DNA from: Chiloscyllium plagiosum
Taxonomy: Eukaryota
Direction of reading: 5' to 3'
Length of the DNA stretch: 40,450 nucleotides
Assembly (NCBI RefSeq): GCF_004010195.1
Contig: NC_057752.1
Coordinates: 1,149,525-1,189,974, forward strand
Below the pieces are notes generated by a model. That model ran no database searches and was not told where the DNA came from. It saw only the letters and a program-made list of their open reading frames with translations. Shown here one piece after another: positions 11,418 to 23,867 of this stretch (position 1 is its first letter; every line of letters begins with the position of its first letter). The translations under genes were made by a program, and so were the position numbers.

Positions 11418-11779
11418 GTTGTTAACTGGAATCATAGAATCCCTATCTGTCTTTATCTTAAATCCCTTCTTGAAACCGCCCCTTGGACTGGAGTGTCGGC
11501 AGGTGAACTGCACCCCAGCAAAACACAGTACTTTGAGGAGCATCGCCACATTAAGCCTTGGAACACTTTGTTCCGTCAAAACGTACCTCACAAACGTATG
11601 TTGTATTTGTTAAGCACAGGCTAGGAAACGTCGATGAATGAAGAGAGACAATGCTACTGCTACTAAAATAAAGCATCTGGCAAATTTCAACTGATGACCA
11701 ACCAAGGCTGAGGCCGGTGGATTTGGTCAGATTACAGTAAGGCCCCACAACAAGTCAGATTATAAAACAGACCGATTTC

Positions 11780-12320
11780 ACTGCTTGCCAGTTAAAAGTT
11801 TTCCCGCCGTTATTTTACCCGCCATTGGGCTCGAGACTTTAAACTGCGCAACGGCTCATCAAGTAATTTATCTGCGTCAGCTTTCTGCCAAGTGTGATCT
11901 TCCCACACAAAACAGGACGATGAATCATCTCGTTAACACATTCAAAAAAGTACATTAAACTCCCCTGCAAAAAAAAGGGGAAACCGGCTCAGTTACGTCA
12001 TTGGTAGAACAGAAAATTAAACTTGGTGTGAGGTCAGAAGTCTGTGGATTAACTCAAATCCAGGATACTCGTTTTTTTTAAATAAAAGAGCACAGTTTTC
12101 CTACGCCACGCACAACGTGCATCGATTTGAAGATTAGTAATTTTCAACACGTTTGCAAAGCGACGACAGGCAGGGTCCCTAGTGCGCATACTCTGGAAGT
12201 TCTGAAAACTTGATGAGATACGGTGTGTGTGAGGGAATCTCGCAAACGAGGATTGCCCCATGTTCAATATTCAATCTGCACTGAACTCAATGACTGTAGC
12301 AGAGCCTTAGAGGTATGTGT
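11780..12320. promoter_or_regulatory. Intronic CpG-rich promoter/enhancer-like island
   Basis: E2F-type TTTTCCCGCC 11799-11808 and TTTTACCCGCCA 11813-11824; ATTGG at 11824-11828 and 12000-12004; CRE/ATF TTACGTCA 11993-12000. Repeat-free and CpG-retaining. Confidence 0.55.
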
Positions 12321-12757
12321 GCCTTTATCAAACGAGAGAAAGTAGAATGTGGTAATGCCGCTAAACTAATAATCCGGTGGCCCAGGCTAATGTTCTGTGA
12401 CATGGGTTCAAATCCTACCATCTGGTGAACCTTAAATTCAACTCTACATTTGAAAACTAATTTTCCTAAAGAGAAAGCGCCCTTAGTTTTTTTTTAAATC
12501 TGCTCACAACTGGTACCCACTTCCATTATAACGAGGGGGCTCTTCCGATGAAGTGATAGTGTCCCTACCTCTGACCCAAGAAGCCAACCTTCAACACAGC
12601 TCCCACCCCCAACTTGTGCCAGAGGTGCGTCATAATATCTCTGAAAAGGTTGAATAGAAAATATAAGGGAGAAAGTAATATTGTTGTATGTTGTAGTAAC
12701 AGGGAACATCAGGACTGGATTGTCGAGAAAAGACACCCACTTTGTCTCCTGCTACCC

Positions 12758-12905
12758 ATGATGTGGAAGTGCCTGAGGGATGGGCAAAGTTAAAAGTCAC
12801 AACACCAGGTTTCTTTGACTTCATCTAATAAAGGAGCAGCACTCCGAAAGCTTGTGATTTCAAATAAACCTGCTGGACTATAACCTGGTGTCATATGACT
12901 TGACA
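12758..12905. mobile_element. Family B Penelope-like short insertion
   Basis: atgatgtggaagtgcc...aaagttaaaagtcacaacaccagg...aggagcagcactccGAAAGCTTgtgatt...ggactataacctggtgtc. Confidence 0.65.
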
Positions 12906-13049
12906 TTGTGCTGCTGCCCAGATTGCTCTTTAAAAAAAGGGAGCTGAGCATCACCTCATGGTGGGGACAATCTGTGCTTTTCCAAAGTTGCACTTGTGAA
13001 AATTTCCCCTTTTACTCACCAGAATCAGCTCATTACAAAACAGCCAGTA

Positions 13050-13575
13050 TACAGCGAGAGTTCTGGATTCAGTTTTAGTTGCCTTATTTAAGAAAGACTT
13101 GCTTTAAATGGAGTGGTGTCCTAAGAGGGTTCATGGGAATTATTCCCAAGATGGGGGAGTTATCGTACAAGGAAAGGAGAAACCATTTGGGTCTGTATCT
13201 GTTGGAGTTTAGAAGAATGACAGGACATCTTATTAAAACATACTAGATCCTGAGGGAACTTGACAAGGTGGATACTGAAAGAATGTTTGACGCAATAACT
13301 GGTGGTCAGTTAAAAATAAGGGATTTCCAATTTCTGAGATTTGTTTTCCCTCTGAGGGTTCTTAGGCTGTGGAATTCCCTTTCCCAGAGCGCTGCATACA
13401 TTGGGTCATTTAATACTTTTAAGGCAGAGGTAGTGTGACTCCCTTGTTAGTCAAGACTCTGCAATTACTGGGGTAGGCAGGAAAGTGAACTTGCGATAAC
13501 AATCACATGATCTTATTGAATGATGGAGCAGGCTGGAGTGACTGAATGGCTTATTCCTGCTTCTAATTTATATGT
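13050..13575 (+). mobile_element. CR1 LINE 3' fragment (decayed)
   Basis: ttcagttttagttgccttatttaagaaag...ggagtttagaagaatga...gaatggcttattcctgcttcta. Confidence 0.7.
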
Positions 13576-14239
13576 TTGTAACTTCCTTCTCAAAATTATC
13601 TTGAGAGAACAATGGGCACAATGGGTCAAATTGGCAAGTCTGCTTTTTTTGTCCTTTGTCAATCTCCCAACTGTTGAAGTTGTTTCACAATCGCAACCAT
13701 TTACAGAGCAAGCAGAATCCATCACTGTTGGTGAAACTGTCAGGAAGGGGTTAATAAATTATAGCCTGCAGTTGTTGCAGGAGTGTGCCAGCATTCAGAT
13801 ATCAGGAGGATTTTGTACAATACACAGAGTTCATGATTGTGGGGGTATTCTGACTGAGGTGCTTAACAGGATTCAACCGAGTAGAGAGAAAAACTGGTAG
13901 AGGAATCAGGTGTTGGGGAAGGAAGTGAGGAACATATTCTTAAACTTAAAACCAGATCATTTAGAAGTGGAATGAGGAATCACTTTCACACAAAGGATAC
14001 TGAAAATTATGATCATCTTCCCCAAAAAGGCACTGGATACAGGAAATCAAATGGAGATATTAAGAGTAAGATTGATGGATGGCAAAGAGCATCAAGGGAG
14101 TTGGAGCAAAGGCAGATATGTAGAAATGAGGTTCAATCAGCAGTAATGTATTTGAATGTCATAGTGGCTTTAAGGGGCTGAATGGTCCCTCTGTAGCATG
14201 CAAAAACTACAAATGCGATGAATGCAGGCTTAACTAAAG

Positions 14240-14460
14240 GATGAATTCTTGTGAAATGCCATATGACTTTATATTAATAAAAAACATCAGACAGAATTTG
14301 ACCCTGAACCACATAAGGAGATGTTCGGGCTGGTAACTACAAGCTTGGTCAAAGAAGTAGGCTTTCAGGAGCATCTTAAAACAAGGGGAAAGACAGAAGT
14401 GAGAATCCCAGAGCGGAGAGCCTCGGCTAGTGAAGGCACAGCCACTAATGGTGGGATGAT
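14240..14460 (-). mobile_element. L2-like LINE 3' fragment; related copies at about 20790-20970 (+), 21720-21960 (-) and 27005-27265 (-)
   Basis: Shared motif ccacataaggagat...aaagcttggtcaaagaagtagg...ggagcatcttaaa. Confidence 0.55.
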
Positions 14461-14482
14461 AACAACTAGAACGAGGTAGCAG

Positions 14483-15176
14483 TAGATTGGGAAAGGGGAA
14501 AGTGCAATGAGACTGGGTGTCCTTGTACACTAGTCACTGAAAGTAAGCATTGCAGGTGCAGCAAGTGGTGAAGGCAGCAAATGGTACATTGGCCTTCATA
14601 GTGAGAGGGATGGAAATTAGGAGGGGGGATTCTTGCTGCAATTGTACACTGCCTTAGTGAGACCACACCTGGAGTATTGTTTGTAGTTTTGGTTCCTTAC
14701 CTGAAGAAGGATATTCTGCCTATGGAGGGAGTGCAGTGAAGGCTTAACCAGACTGATTCCTGGAATGGCAGGATTGATGTATGAAAAGAGACTGGATTGG
14801 ACTGCAGATCTCCTAGAAATCTATAAAATTCTAACAAGACTAGATAGGGTAGATGCAGGAAGGATGTTCCTGATGACTGGGGAGTCCAGAACCAGAGGGT
14901 CACAGTCTAAGGATACATAGTAGGCCATTTAGATGAGATAAAGAGAAATGTCTTCATCCAGAGAGTTTAGTATTCACTGCCACAGAAAGCAAAATATTGA
15001 ATGTTTTCAAGAAGGCTTTAGAAAGAGAGTTCTTAGGGGTAAAAGGAACAAGGGGTATGGGGAGAAAGTGGGAACAGTGGACTGACTTGGATGTTCAGCC
15101 ATAATCATACTGAATGGCAGAGCAGGTTTAAAGGGCTGAATGGCCTACGCCTGCTCCTATCTTCTACGTTTCTATG
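14483..15176 (+). mobile_element. CR1 LINE 3' fragment
   Basis: gtgagaccacacctggagtattg (VRPHLEYC), with 3' end gggctgaatggcctacgcctgctcctatcttctacgtttctatg. Confidence 0.85.
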
Positions 15177-18100
15177 CAAACTGAGGCAACAGGTTAAGTG
15201 AATATGGAGAACTCAGGATTGTTGGAGGTTACACAGATCTGGAGGGTATAGGTCAGAGATATAAATACTTTCATAGACTCAGATACAGTGTCCAGAAACA
15301 GGCCATTCAGCCCAACTGGATAGTGCCAGTGCTTATTCCCCTCTTTCCCTCCCCAACCACCTCCCCCACCCCGAGAGACAGCAAGTCTCTGTATCACTTC
15401 CTGTGATGATGTATACTGTTTCTCATTAGAATATCAAGCTGAGCCCTTTTATACTACAATCTGTTCTGATATAATGCAATATCTCTGTTCCCATGCGATC
15501 CTGCGTTATGAGAATATTGTGTAATAGCAGCATCATTTAAATCAACGGGACCAGAATCATGTTATAGCCAATACAGGTAAGGAAAGTTTGTGTTCCACGA
15601 GTAATGGTCTAAATTCTTCAATCTCATTATAGCCAATTTGCGTTGAAGAAATGCACGTTTTAACAGAACTGACTGTACATTTCCCCTTGCCCCACTCAAT
15701 CTCTGATTCTACCAATGATATTAAAGCCCTATGACCATAACCTTCTATATCTTTCTCCTGCAGCTAATTATCTAACTTTCCCTTAAATGCATCAATGCTA
15801 TTTGCCTAAACCTTATAGCAGTGAGGAATTCCAAGTGACTAACTGATATTCAGTGCTTAGTTCTTGTCTCCCTCACAGATGAAAACATATTCTCTAAGGT
15901 GACCCTATCTAACCCTTTCATAATCTTTCAAGGCTTTTCAAACAGCACAAGGTTAATTCTCTTCCCGAATGGAGCATTTTATTTTGTACGAAATTCATTA
16001 AGTTCCATTACTTCATCCAGGTTTTGTTTGTCTTGCTAGAGAAGAGAGCTTTTAGCATCAAAATCAATTCTGCATGCCCACTTTCATTAAGATTGACTAA
16101 GCCAAGTAGTAAGAGTGCCACAAGTGGCCTGTTCCAGTCTAGCAATGTGGTTAAGCTGGTGACAAAATATAAGGCCGCATGCACGGTTTCACTCTGCGTC
16201 TGATGACAGGAAGTCACTGATGAAAATCCCATTACTTAATTGATAAGCCATTGTCTTCACATGACAACACAATCCGTGTCAAAGTGCAGGATTCGCTTAG
16301 CTTTTTCAAAGGCCTAGGCTGAAAAGATTTTTAAAAACATTTCATACAGTCAGCACTATAATTCAGCTGTTGATGTTTTGGTCACTGCTGTCAGGCAGCA
16401 AACAGAATGATGTCAGTGGGCAGTTTGTGATAGTCATTACTGTTGCAGTGTTGGAAACACCGTACTCAATATGCGCATAGCAAGATTCCACAAAGAGCCT
16501 TGACATAGCAACCAGATAATTTCTTGACCACTATTACCTCCACTCTTCTTTGAAATCGCGCCACAGGATCTTTTCTAGCACTGAAAGCACAGATGGTGCC
16601 TTGATTCAAAGCCTGATCCAAAAATCACAGAATCACACAAGTGTTACAGTGCAGGAGGCAGGCATTTGGCCCATCATATTTGTGCAATCTCTTCAGATGA
16701 GCATCATTACCTCGTGACAATCTCCTGCTTATTCCCCATACCCTATTTCTAGCCAAATAATCATCCATTACCCCTCTTGAATGTCTCAATTTTACCTGCT
16801 GTTTCCAGGCAATGCATTCCAGATCCTAACTACTCACTTGGTGAAAGTTTTTTTTCTCAACTTGCATCTGTTTCTTTTGTGAATCACTTTAAATCTGTGC
16901 CCTCTCCAAAAGTGCATGGAGTCAGAATTTTACAGCATGGAAAGATGCCCTTTGGCTTATTGTGTCCACACCAGTCAACACTCTCCCGATCTACTGTAGT
17001 CCCATAGCTTTGTATGCTATGGCATTTCAACTGCTCATCTAAAGACATGACTAAAATGCCGACTTGCTCCAACTAATATAGACAGACTTCATTGAGCTGA
17101 CTTCACTGGGGAGGGAAAAATCAGGAAGCATAAAAATTTGAACAAAGTCCTCAGCCTAGAGTTTGGCCCCAGGACCTGAACCTAGAACCTTCTGTTGAGA
17201 GAGAAAAACAGAGTTAACATTTAGAGTCCACTATAACTATTCTTCAGAACTTATGTTGTAAAATTCCATCAGATTCTTTTATCAGTACAGCACATTGTTA
17301 ATTCAGATTATTTTGATATCCACTGAGTGGAAGATGTGTTTGCATTGGAGATGGACGATCCAGAAATCGTTAAATTCACTCCATCAGGGAGGGGGAACAC
17401 ATTTTAGAAAAAAAAGTGTCCTTTGGAACAGCAAAGAAGAGTCATATTAGACTCAAAACATTAACTGTCTTTCTCTCACCAAAGATGCTGCCAAGCCTGC
17501 TGTGTTTCTCCAGCATTCTCCTTTTTAATTTCAGATTTCCATAGTATTTTGTTCATACTCTTCCTTTGTCCATTGTCTGTTTCGCTGCTCTGTGCCCTGA
17601 CCTCACGATCTCATACCAGAAAAAAGTCAAATCTATTTTTATGCAGCAAACAAGTCTGTAATAATGCCCAAGAATACAAATATAGGAAAAGAAGTAGTCA
17701 TTCAACCATTCATACCTGTGGCTTGGTTAGCTGGACAGCTGGTTTGCAATGCAAAGTGACACCGATGTGGGTTCAATTCCCATATGAGCTGAGGTTACAA
17801 TGAAACTCCTGCCTCCTCACCCTTGCCCACCTTGTGGTGAAACTCAGATTAAACCCACCACCAGGGGTGTGTGTGTGTGTGTCTTTCTGTCTCACACACG
17901 CATGAGAGAACAGCCCTCTGGGACTATAATGGTTTTACATTACCCTTTCCTATAGAGAAATCTAAATTTTGATTTTTGAAAGTTTTAATTGAACCCAGTT
18001 TTTTTTTAAAATGGGGGGAGCAGAGAAAGATAGTTCCACATTCCTATACTAGACACTTTTTAGTCAATCCACTTCGATGTTACCACACATCTCTGGGGCA

Positions 18101-19189
18101 TGTGCAGCTATAACACAGGCTTCCTGGGTCAGAGGTAGGGACACACCACAGGAATACCTGTCCCATTCCCTTTGTTTGCTTTCTGACATCACCTGTGAAA
18201 GGCCTGACTCCAATTTTAAGGATCTGCCCCTTCTCTGGCCTTATCCCACAGAGGACGTAGTTTCTCTCTACCTACTCTTTTCACTTCCTTTAAATCATCT
18301 TAAAAACACACACATTTTTATCACTCAGGAGAATACAAAGCTCAAAGTTGCATTATTGGTGCCATAAATGTTCTTTCCAGTGCTTGTATCCGCACAAACT
18401 GAAATTTGAACATCCCAAACTCTGAGGCAGCAATGACTGCCATTGAGCTCCTCAGAGCAGCCAAGTGCCCTCTCAAACAGGCCTCTGCTCGCTAAGTCCT
18501 CATGGAGGGGCCACGACAATTTTCAAACCTCAAAATGGGGTCACAGTCGGAAAAGTCTAGAAAGCACTTCATCTTTTAGGAGAAAATACCCATGTAGGCA
18601 GTCAAAACTACTTTCTGCGATATGGTAACATCCTAGCCAAGCATACCACGTGAACATTCAGCCAGGAAATCCAAATACAATTCAATCACCAAACTACCAA
18701 TTGTACCAAGCGTTCACATTCCTTTTCAGACAGGTTATGCTGACGAGCTTCAGCAGTTTCAAACACTCTTCAAATTCTCAAACTAAATAGAAGCCTTTAT
18801 AGTCCATTTACTCTTGCCTCTGTCCAAGGGAAAGTTGAACAGAAATGGGTGAATTTAGTGCAAAGAATGAATGAAATTACACTTGACTATTCAGATTAAC
18901 TCTGGGAGATCATACGAATTTCCTACTGCCATTGAAGAGAAAGGTAAAGTATATGTGGGTCATTTCTGAATCCAACACAAAGGGCGGAGCAAAGACTAGG
19001 AAATTTGAACATTCCTTCAATATTCAAGAGGCATTCTCAATCAATCAGTCTCCAAGCAACTGTTCTCATGAAGTCATCTAGATGTTCAACACCTTGTCCT
19101 CTGTGCAAAATTGCATATCCTTTTGCACACATCTTCAAAATACCACACTTCCTAATATAGACAATCTTATGGAGAAATATTAGCATACA

Positions 19190-19510
19190 CACTATGTCAA
19201 TTTAAAATCCTCTATCAAGCTCATAACATGGTTCAGTTACAATTGCTCGAAGCAATGTACGCAGGGATCCGTTCACTGTGGACAGTATATTCAAGCTTTG
19301 TGTTTTGTTGCGAATTACAATTACAGTTTCCCCCATTGCCTTCTAACTGACTATACCATGGCCAATCAAAGCTAACCTGCCAACCAATCAGCATGCTTTT
19401 CCCCTGCAGTCTAAAATTGTTGTGATTGTTTGCAACTTGTCCTTCTTATGTTGGTTCTGATGGGTGTCAGATAAAAAGCTTTGGCAACATGCTTCTCCTA
19501 TTCAGCAAGA
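19190..19510 (+). mobile_element. Old Penelope-like 3' fragment
   Basis: CQFKILYQAHNMVQLQLLEAMY resembles a PLE endonuclease C-terminus. Decayed hammerhead-like ctgatgggtgtcagataaaaagcttt near 19457-19482. Confidence 0.4.
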
Positions 19511-19614
19511 TTCACCATGAGGTGGCTGACTCTAGCAATTACATGGTTTACTTCACTGTATAGTATCCTTTCATTGAAACTTTGCTACTGTATCCCAGTA
19601 GCTTAAAATAAAAA

Positions 19615-20605
19615 AGGATTTCATTTATATACAGCTTTTCACAATCTCCCAAAGCGCTTCAAAGACATACAAGTGTTTTTGAAGTGTGGCCACTGAAGTA
19701 ATGCAGAAAACACAGAAGTCAATTTGTACACAGCATGCTCCCACAAACAGAAAGCGAATAATAATCAGATAATCTGTTTCCATGGTCAAATATGGGTGAC
19801 CGGATAAAGCAGGATAAATATTGGCTAGAATATTAGGGAGAACTACTATGCTCTTCTTCGCAATAATTCTATGGGATTGTTCACTACCATCATTGTGGTT
19901 ACAAGAATCTGCAGCGAGTAACTCACCTCCTGACTCCCCAAATCCTGTCCACCAGCTACAAGGCCCAAGTCAGGAATGTGATGAAATACTCCCCACTTGC
20001 CTGGATGGTGCAGTTTCAACACCCAAAAGCAGCCTGCTTGATTGGCACCACATCCACTCCCTCCACCACCAACGCTGAATAGTAGTAGTGTATACCATCT
20101 TCAAGATGCATTGCAGTAACTCACTGAGCCTCCTTTGAGAACACCTACCAAACCCACAACCACTAGAAGGTTGAGGGCAGCAGATATATAGGAACACCAC
20201 CAGCTGCAAGTTCCCCTCCAAGCCACTATGGGGAAATATATACCCATTACTTTTGTGTCGCTGGGTCAAAATCCTGGAACTCCTTCCCTACCAGCTCTGT
20301 TAACGTACCTACACCCTAAGGACTGCAGCAGTTCAAGAAGACATTTCACCACCACCTTGTCAAGGGGCAGTTAGGGAGGGGCAATAAATTATGGCAATGC
20401 CAAGCAAGCAAAAATAAAACTTGAGGGAACAGGCAGGGGCTCAGTTTAATGTTTCATCTGGAAGTCAGCACGTCTGACACTGGTGCACTCCTTCGCTGCT
20501 GCACTGAAGTGTCAGTCTGGATTTTGTGTAGTGGTTTCCAGTGTGGGAATAGAAGCCACATCACTTCCGGCTCAGTAGTGAGTGCTACCCACTGAGCCAC
20601 AGCTA
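19615..20605 (-). mobile_element. DeuSINE (SacSINE1-like) split by a LINE insertion; partial relatives at about 2815-3050, 16430-16620 and 28070-28140
   Basis: catttatatacagc...caatttgtacacagcatgctcccacaaacag...cagataatctgttt, resuming at ctcagtttaatgtttcatctg...gcactccttcgctgctgcactgaagtgtcag...cactgagccacagc. Confidence 0.55.
19890..20400 (+). mobile_element. CR1-superfamily LINE 3' fragment (second family)
   Basis: Decayed LQRVTHLLTP...YKAQVRNVMKYSPLAW...SLHHQR...VVYTIFKMHCSNS, with tail ggcaataaat. A minus-strand relative lies at about 36870-36975 plus 37343-37745. Confidence 0.7.
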
Positions 20606-22429
20606 ACGGTTAGTGATGGCATAGCCAACAAACTCCCAGCTTCAAATTCACCTTGCTCTGCCCTCCTGTCATGGCGTCAGCAGCCATCCAAGGAGCCTTG
20701 GTATCTCTGGGCTAGGAAAGGAAAAGAAAAGAAAAGAAAAGCAGGGCTACGACTACAACCCCATCATTAACATCCACCAAAACCCAAAGCTCTGGAATTA
20801 TTCTATTCTCCTTCAAGACACTCCCTGAAACCTACTTCTTTGGCCAAGCTTTTGGGTCACCTGCCCAGATATCTCCTCACGTGGCTCAGTATCAGATTAG
20901 GTTTGACATTGCTGATGTGAAGTGCCTTGGGATGTTTGATCACATTAAAGGCACTACACAAATGCAAGTTGTTAATCTTATTTGAGACAAAAGACAGGCA
21001 CTGTTCCAGCACAAAGCCACCAATAACATCTACACAGAAAAAGCAAAATCATTGGGAATACACAATGCACCAGCTGGGACGAACTAAGAATTGGATTCCA
21101 TTCTTGGCTACTGCTCAATACAAGAAATCAGACCTGGTCAAAGTACTGAAAGTATTAAATAGCTTTGAAACAATAACGTGGTTTTTTGGTTATCAAGTTT
21201 TCACAACTCCACGTTGTAGGCGTCATTTCTTTGATTCCTCCCTTGTACTGCGTTAAACACAGTATCCCCATATGAGACAATGTTACTTTTAAAGGTCAGA
21301 GTTTAATTGAATTGCAGGTCCCCAACATGCAATATGTACTTCATTGCATTCAAACCTTTCCCACAGATGCCCAAGACACCCAGTTGGTGCAATGCCAAGG
21401 TGCTCGGAAGTGCCAATCCTGAGTTGTGATTTGTTGTGTCCTATAGCACTGTTGAAACAACATCCCTTAATGTCCCTGGACTCCGGGTGGGGACGGAGCA
21501 GGGAAATTAACCAAGGTTTTCCCTGTGTGGTGACCTGTGCTGACGTGTGACTGTATGGAAGACATGTGACGGTAGGCCAGATTGCATTGTGATGTCTGCC
21601 CCAATGGGAAAGGCCCTGCCATATTCACAGTTAAGGTTCACACACAAAGAATAAGATACCGAGGGCTGCCATCTGCAGGGAGCTGTATCGCAGTAAGGAT
21701 CAGTGATTTCGACCGAGAAAAACAAGATTTGTATTGATATGGTGCCTTTAACATAATGAAATCTCAAGACACTTTAACATTATGTTAATCAGTCAAAAGC
21801 TGAGACCAAGTCAGAGGAAATGAAATTGGAACACGCAACAAAGAGGCACATCTTAAAAGGAGGGTATGCAGGGTGTGAACTGATTTAGGAAGGGATTTCC
21901 TCAGCTTGGGGCCCAGGCAACTGAAGGCACAAATACGGATGGTGCTAGAACCAGGGAAGCAGAGAGATCTCCAAGGGGCAGAGAAGGCTTTTTGTGCAGT
22001 TTGATACCACCAAGTGACTCACAGGCCATTACAGAGGGTAGTTAAAAGTCAACCACATTGCTCGGCTATATATGCAGGCTAGACCAGGTAAGGAGGGCAG
22101 ATTTCCCTGAAGGACAGTCGTCTTTACAACAATCAACAATGGCTTGATGGTCATCATTAGAATAGATTTTAAATTCATTGCTGTGGTGGGATTTGAACAT
22201 GTCACCAGGGCACCCAGCTGGGTCTTGGGATTACTGGGCCAGGAGCATTGCCACTGTCCTACTACTTGCCTCTAAAACAGAGATATGGAAGGGGGAGGCC
22301 ATGGACGGATTTGAAAACAAGGAGAAAACCATCAAATTTGAGGTGGTGTATATGGGGTGATGGGTGAACTGGCTTGGACATGAGCTTGGCCTAAACCTAG
22401 AATAAATGCTCTGGGGGACACATCCTACC

Positions 22430-22710
22430 AACTTTAAATTCAATTAATCAATATGAAATTCAAAGCTAGAATAATCTGTGATGAAGACCATGACAACTAT
22501 TATCCATCGTCATAAAAACCCATCTGGGTCATTAATATCCCTTAAGGAAGCAAATTTGCCCTCCTTACCTGGTCTGGCCTACACGCGAGTCCAGAACGAC
22601 AGCAATGTGGTCGACTCTCAACTGCCCTCTGGAATGGCCTAGTGAGCCACTCAGTTCAAGAACAATTTGGAGTAGGCACTAAATGCCAATGATGCCCACA
22701 TCCCAAAGAA
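22430..22710 (+). mobile_element. Shark SINE body; relatives at about 8670-8875 and 25680-25930
   Basis: Recurrent ggaaatctgcc.tccttacctggtctggcctacacgtgactcca...gcaatgtgg...gccactcagttcaag. Confidence 0.6.
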
Positions 22711-23753
22711 TTTGTTAAAAACTTGTCAGGAGAGTGGTGTGTAATGATGCAGCTTTCTGACAGAAGATTCCTAAACAATTAGTCAGAACCTGAATGAGGA
22801 CAGGTTATTCAATTGATCAGACTGCCTGCCTGGTGAACTGATGATACCCATCCGCCATCTGTTATAGTACTCAATTCTCCACCAGTACAAACCCTCCCAT
22901 AACTATTTGGTTACAGAGATACTATCAGCTGCCGGAACTCATCTGGACATCTTCCTCAAAGCCTGCAGAATCAGCATTTGGTGCACCCTGGCCAATGTAT
23001 TGGGTAAGGTAGGAGATAGTGTGCCAGCTTTTCTGCCCACTTGGGGGCATCTCCGATCTGAAAGGCCAGTTCACTGCAACCCAGCACAGTCTGCCCTCAG
23101 AGCACCCTGTGGAAAAGAAAACTGAAACTTTTTTTTTCGGAACCCCCAGATCGGCTTACAAGTCAGCCTGAGCAGCACAAAGCTTTTTGTTTTTTGTACA
23201 AAAAAACCCAGAAAAATCCCCCAGGCTGAGTATCAGTGTGTCAATTTTCGCAAATCAATTGGGGGAGGGGATGAGGCAGTGACCAGCAGAGGAAACAAAA
23301 TCAGATAATATAGAGGTAGGCTCCAAGTTTATGTTTCCCCGCTCAAACATCTGCTGGGACTGAACTGTCAGCAGTTTGAACTTAGAATTCAGCCTCCAAA
23401 TGCAAACTATGGAGCAAGTCTCTCTCCCTCTTTTTCCAGAGGCACACACGACTTGCCTGGGTGAACTCAGACACACTGTTTGAGGTATATCAGGGTGACA
23501 ACCTGGTTTGTGCCCTCCTTCTGTTTCCATGGATTAAAAAGCTAGAAAATGGTGACCATAACAGGGGTGGGGGGTGCTTAGTGGAGCAGAGGACGGAGAC
23601 TTATCCAATGATGCAGATCAGAGGGGGAAAAAAAAGACCGACACCAAACAAGGCAGACGAGGAATGGAGGAATGGGGGAATTGGGGGGGGGGGGGGGGAC
23701 ACTGAGGGACTGGCTTATAATTAAACAGCAAAAAAAAATCACATCTCACTTAC

Positions 23754-23867
23754 CAAAACGACTGCAAACCTCTCCTCCAGCTCGCATTGTTCAGGCATCG
23801 GTAACTTCAGTGGCATGATTTGAGCGCTTAGATTTGTCTGCCCATCCAAACTTCCAGTATTTCCCAT
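23754..23867 (-). CDS. FMNL3: First coding exon of formin-like protein (FMNL2/FMNL3 type; FMNL3 favoured), 38 aa, N-myristoylation motif MGNTGS, phase-0 donor
   Basis: Translates [38 protein letters not shown], matching the FMNL2/3 exon-1 motif (K)xPMPEx[GC]ELEERFAxVL. It ends at TTG|GTAAGT (23754|23753), the conserved FMNL exon-1 boundary, and the start context is gaaATGG. Cys in 'CELEERF' is FMNL3-like while the N-terminus resembles FMNL2, so the paralog call is not certain. Confidence 0.93.

Larger units (their letters stand above)
1..23753 (-). other. Intron 1 of the FMNL gene (continues beyond window start)
   Basis: Begins with GTAAGT on the minus strand. I found no exon-2-like peptide ([22 protein letters not shown]) in 1-23753. 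Confidence 0.75.
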
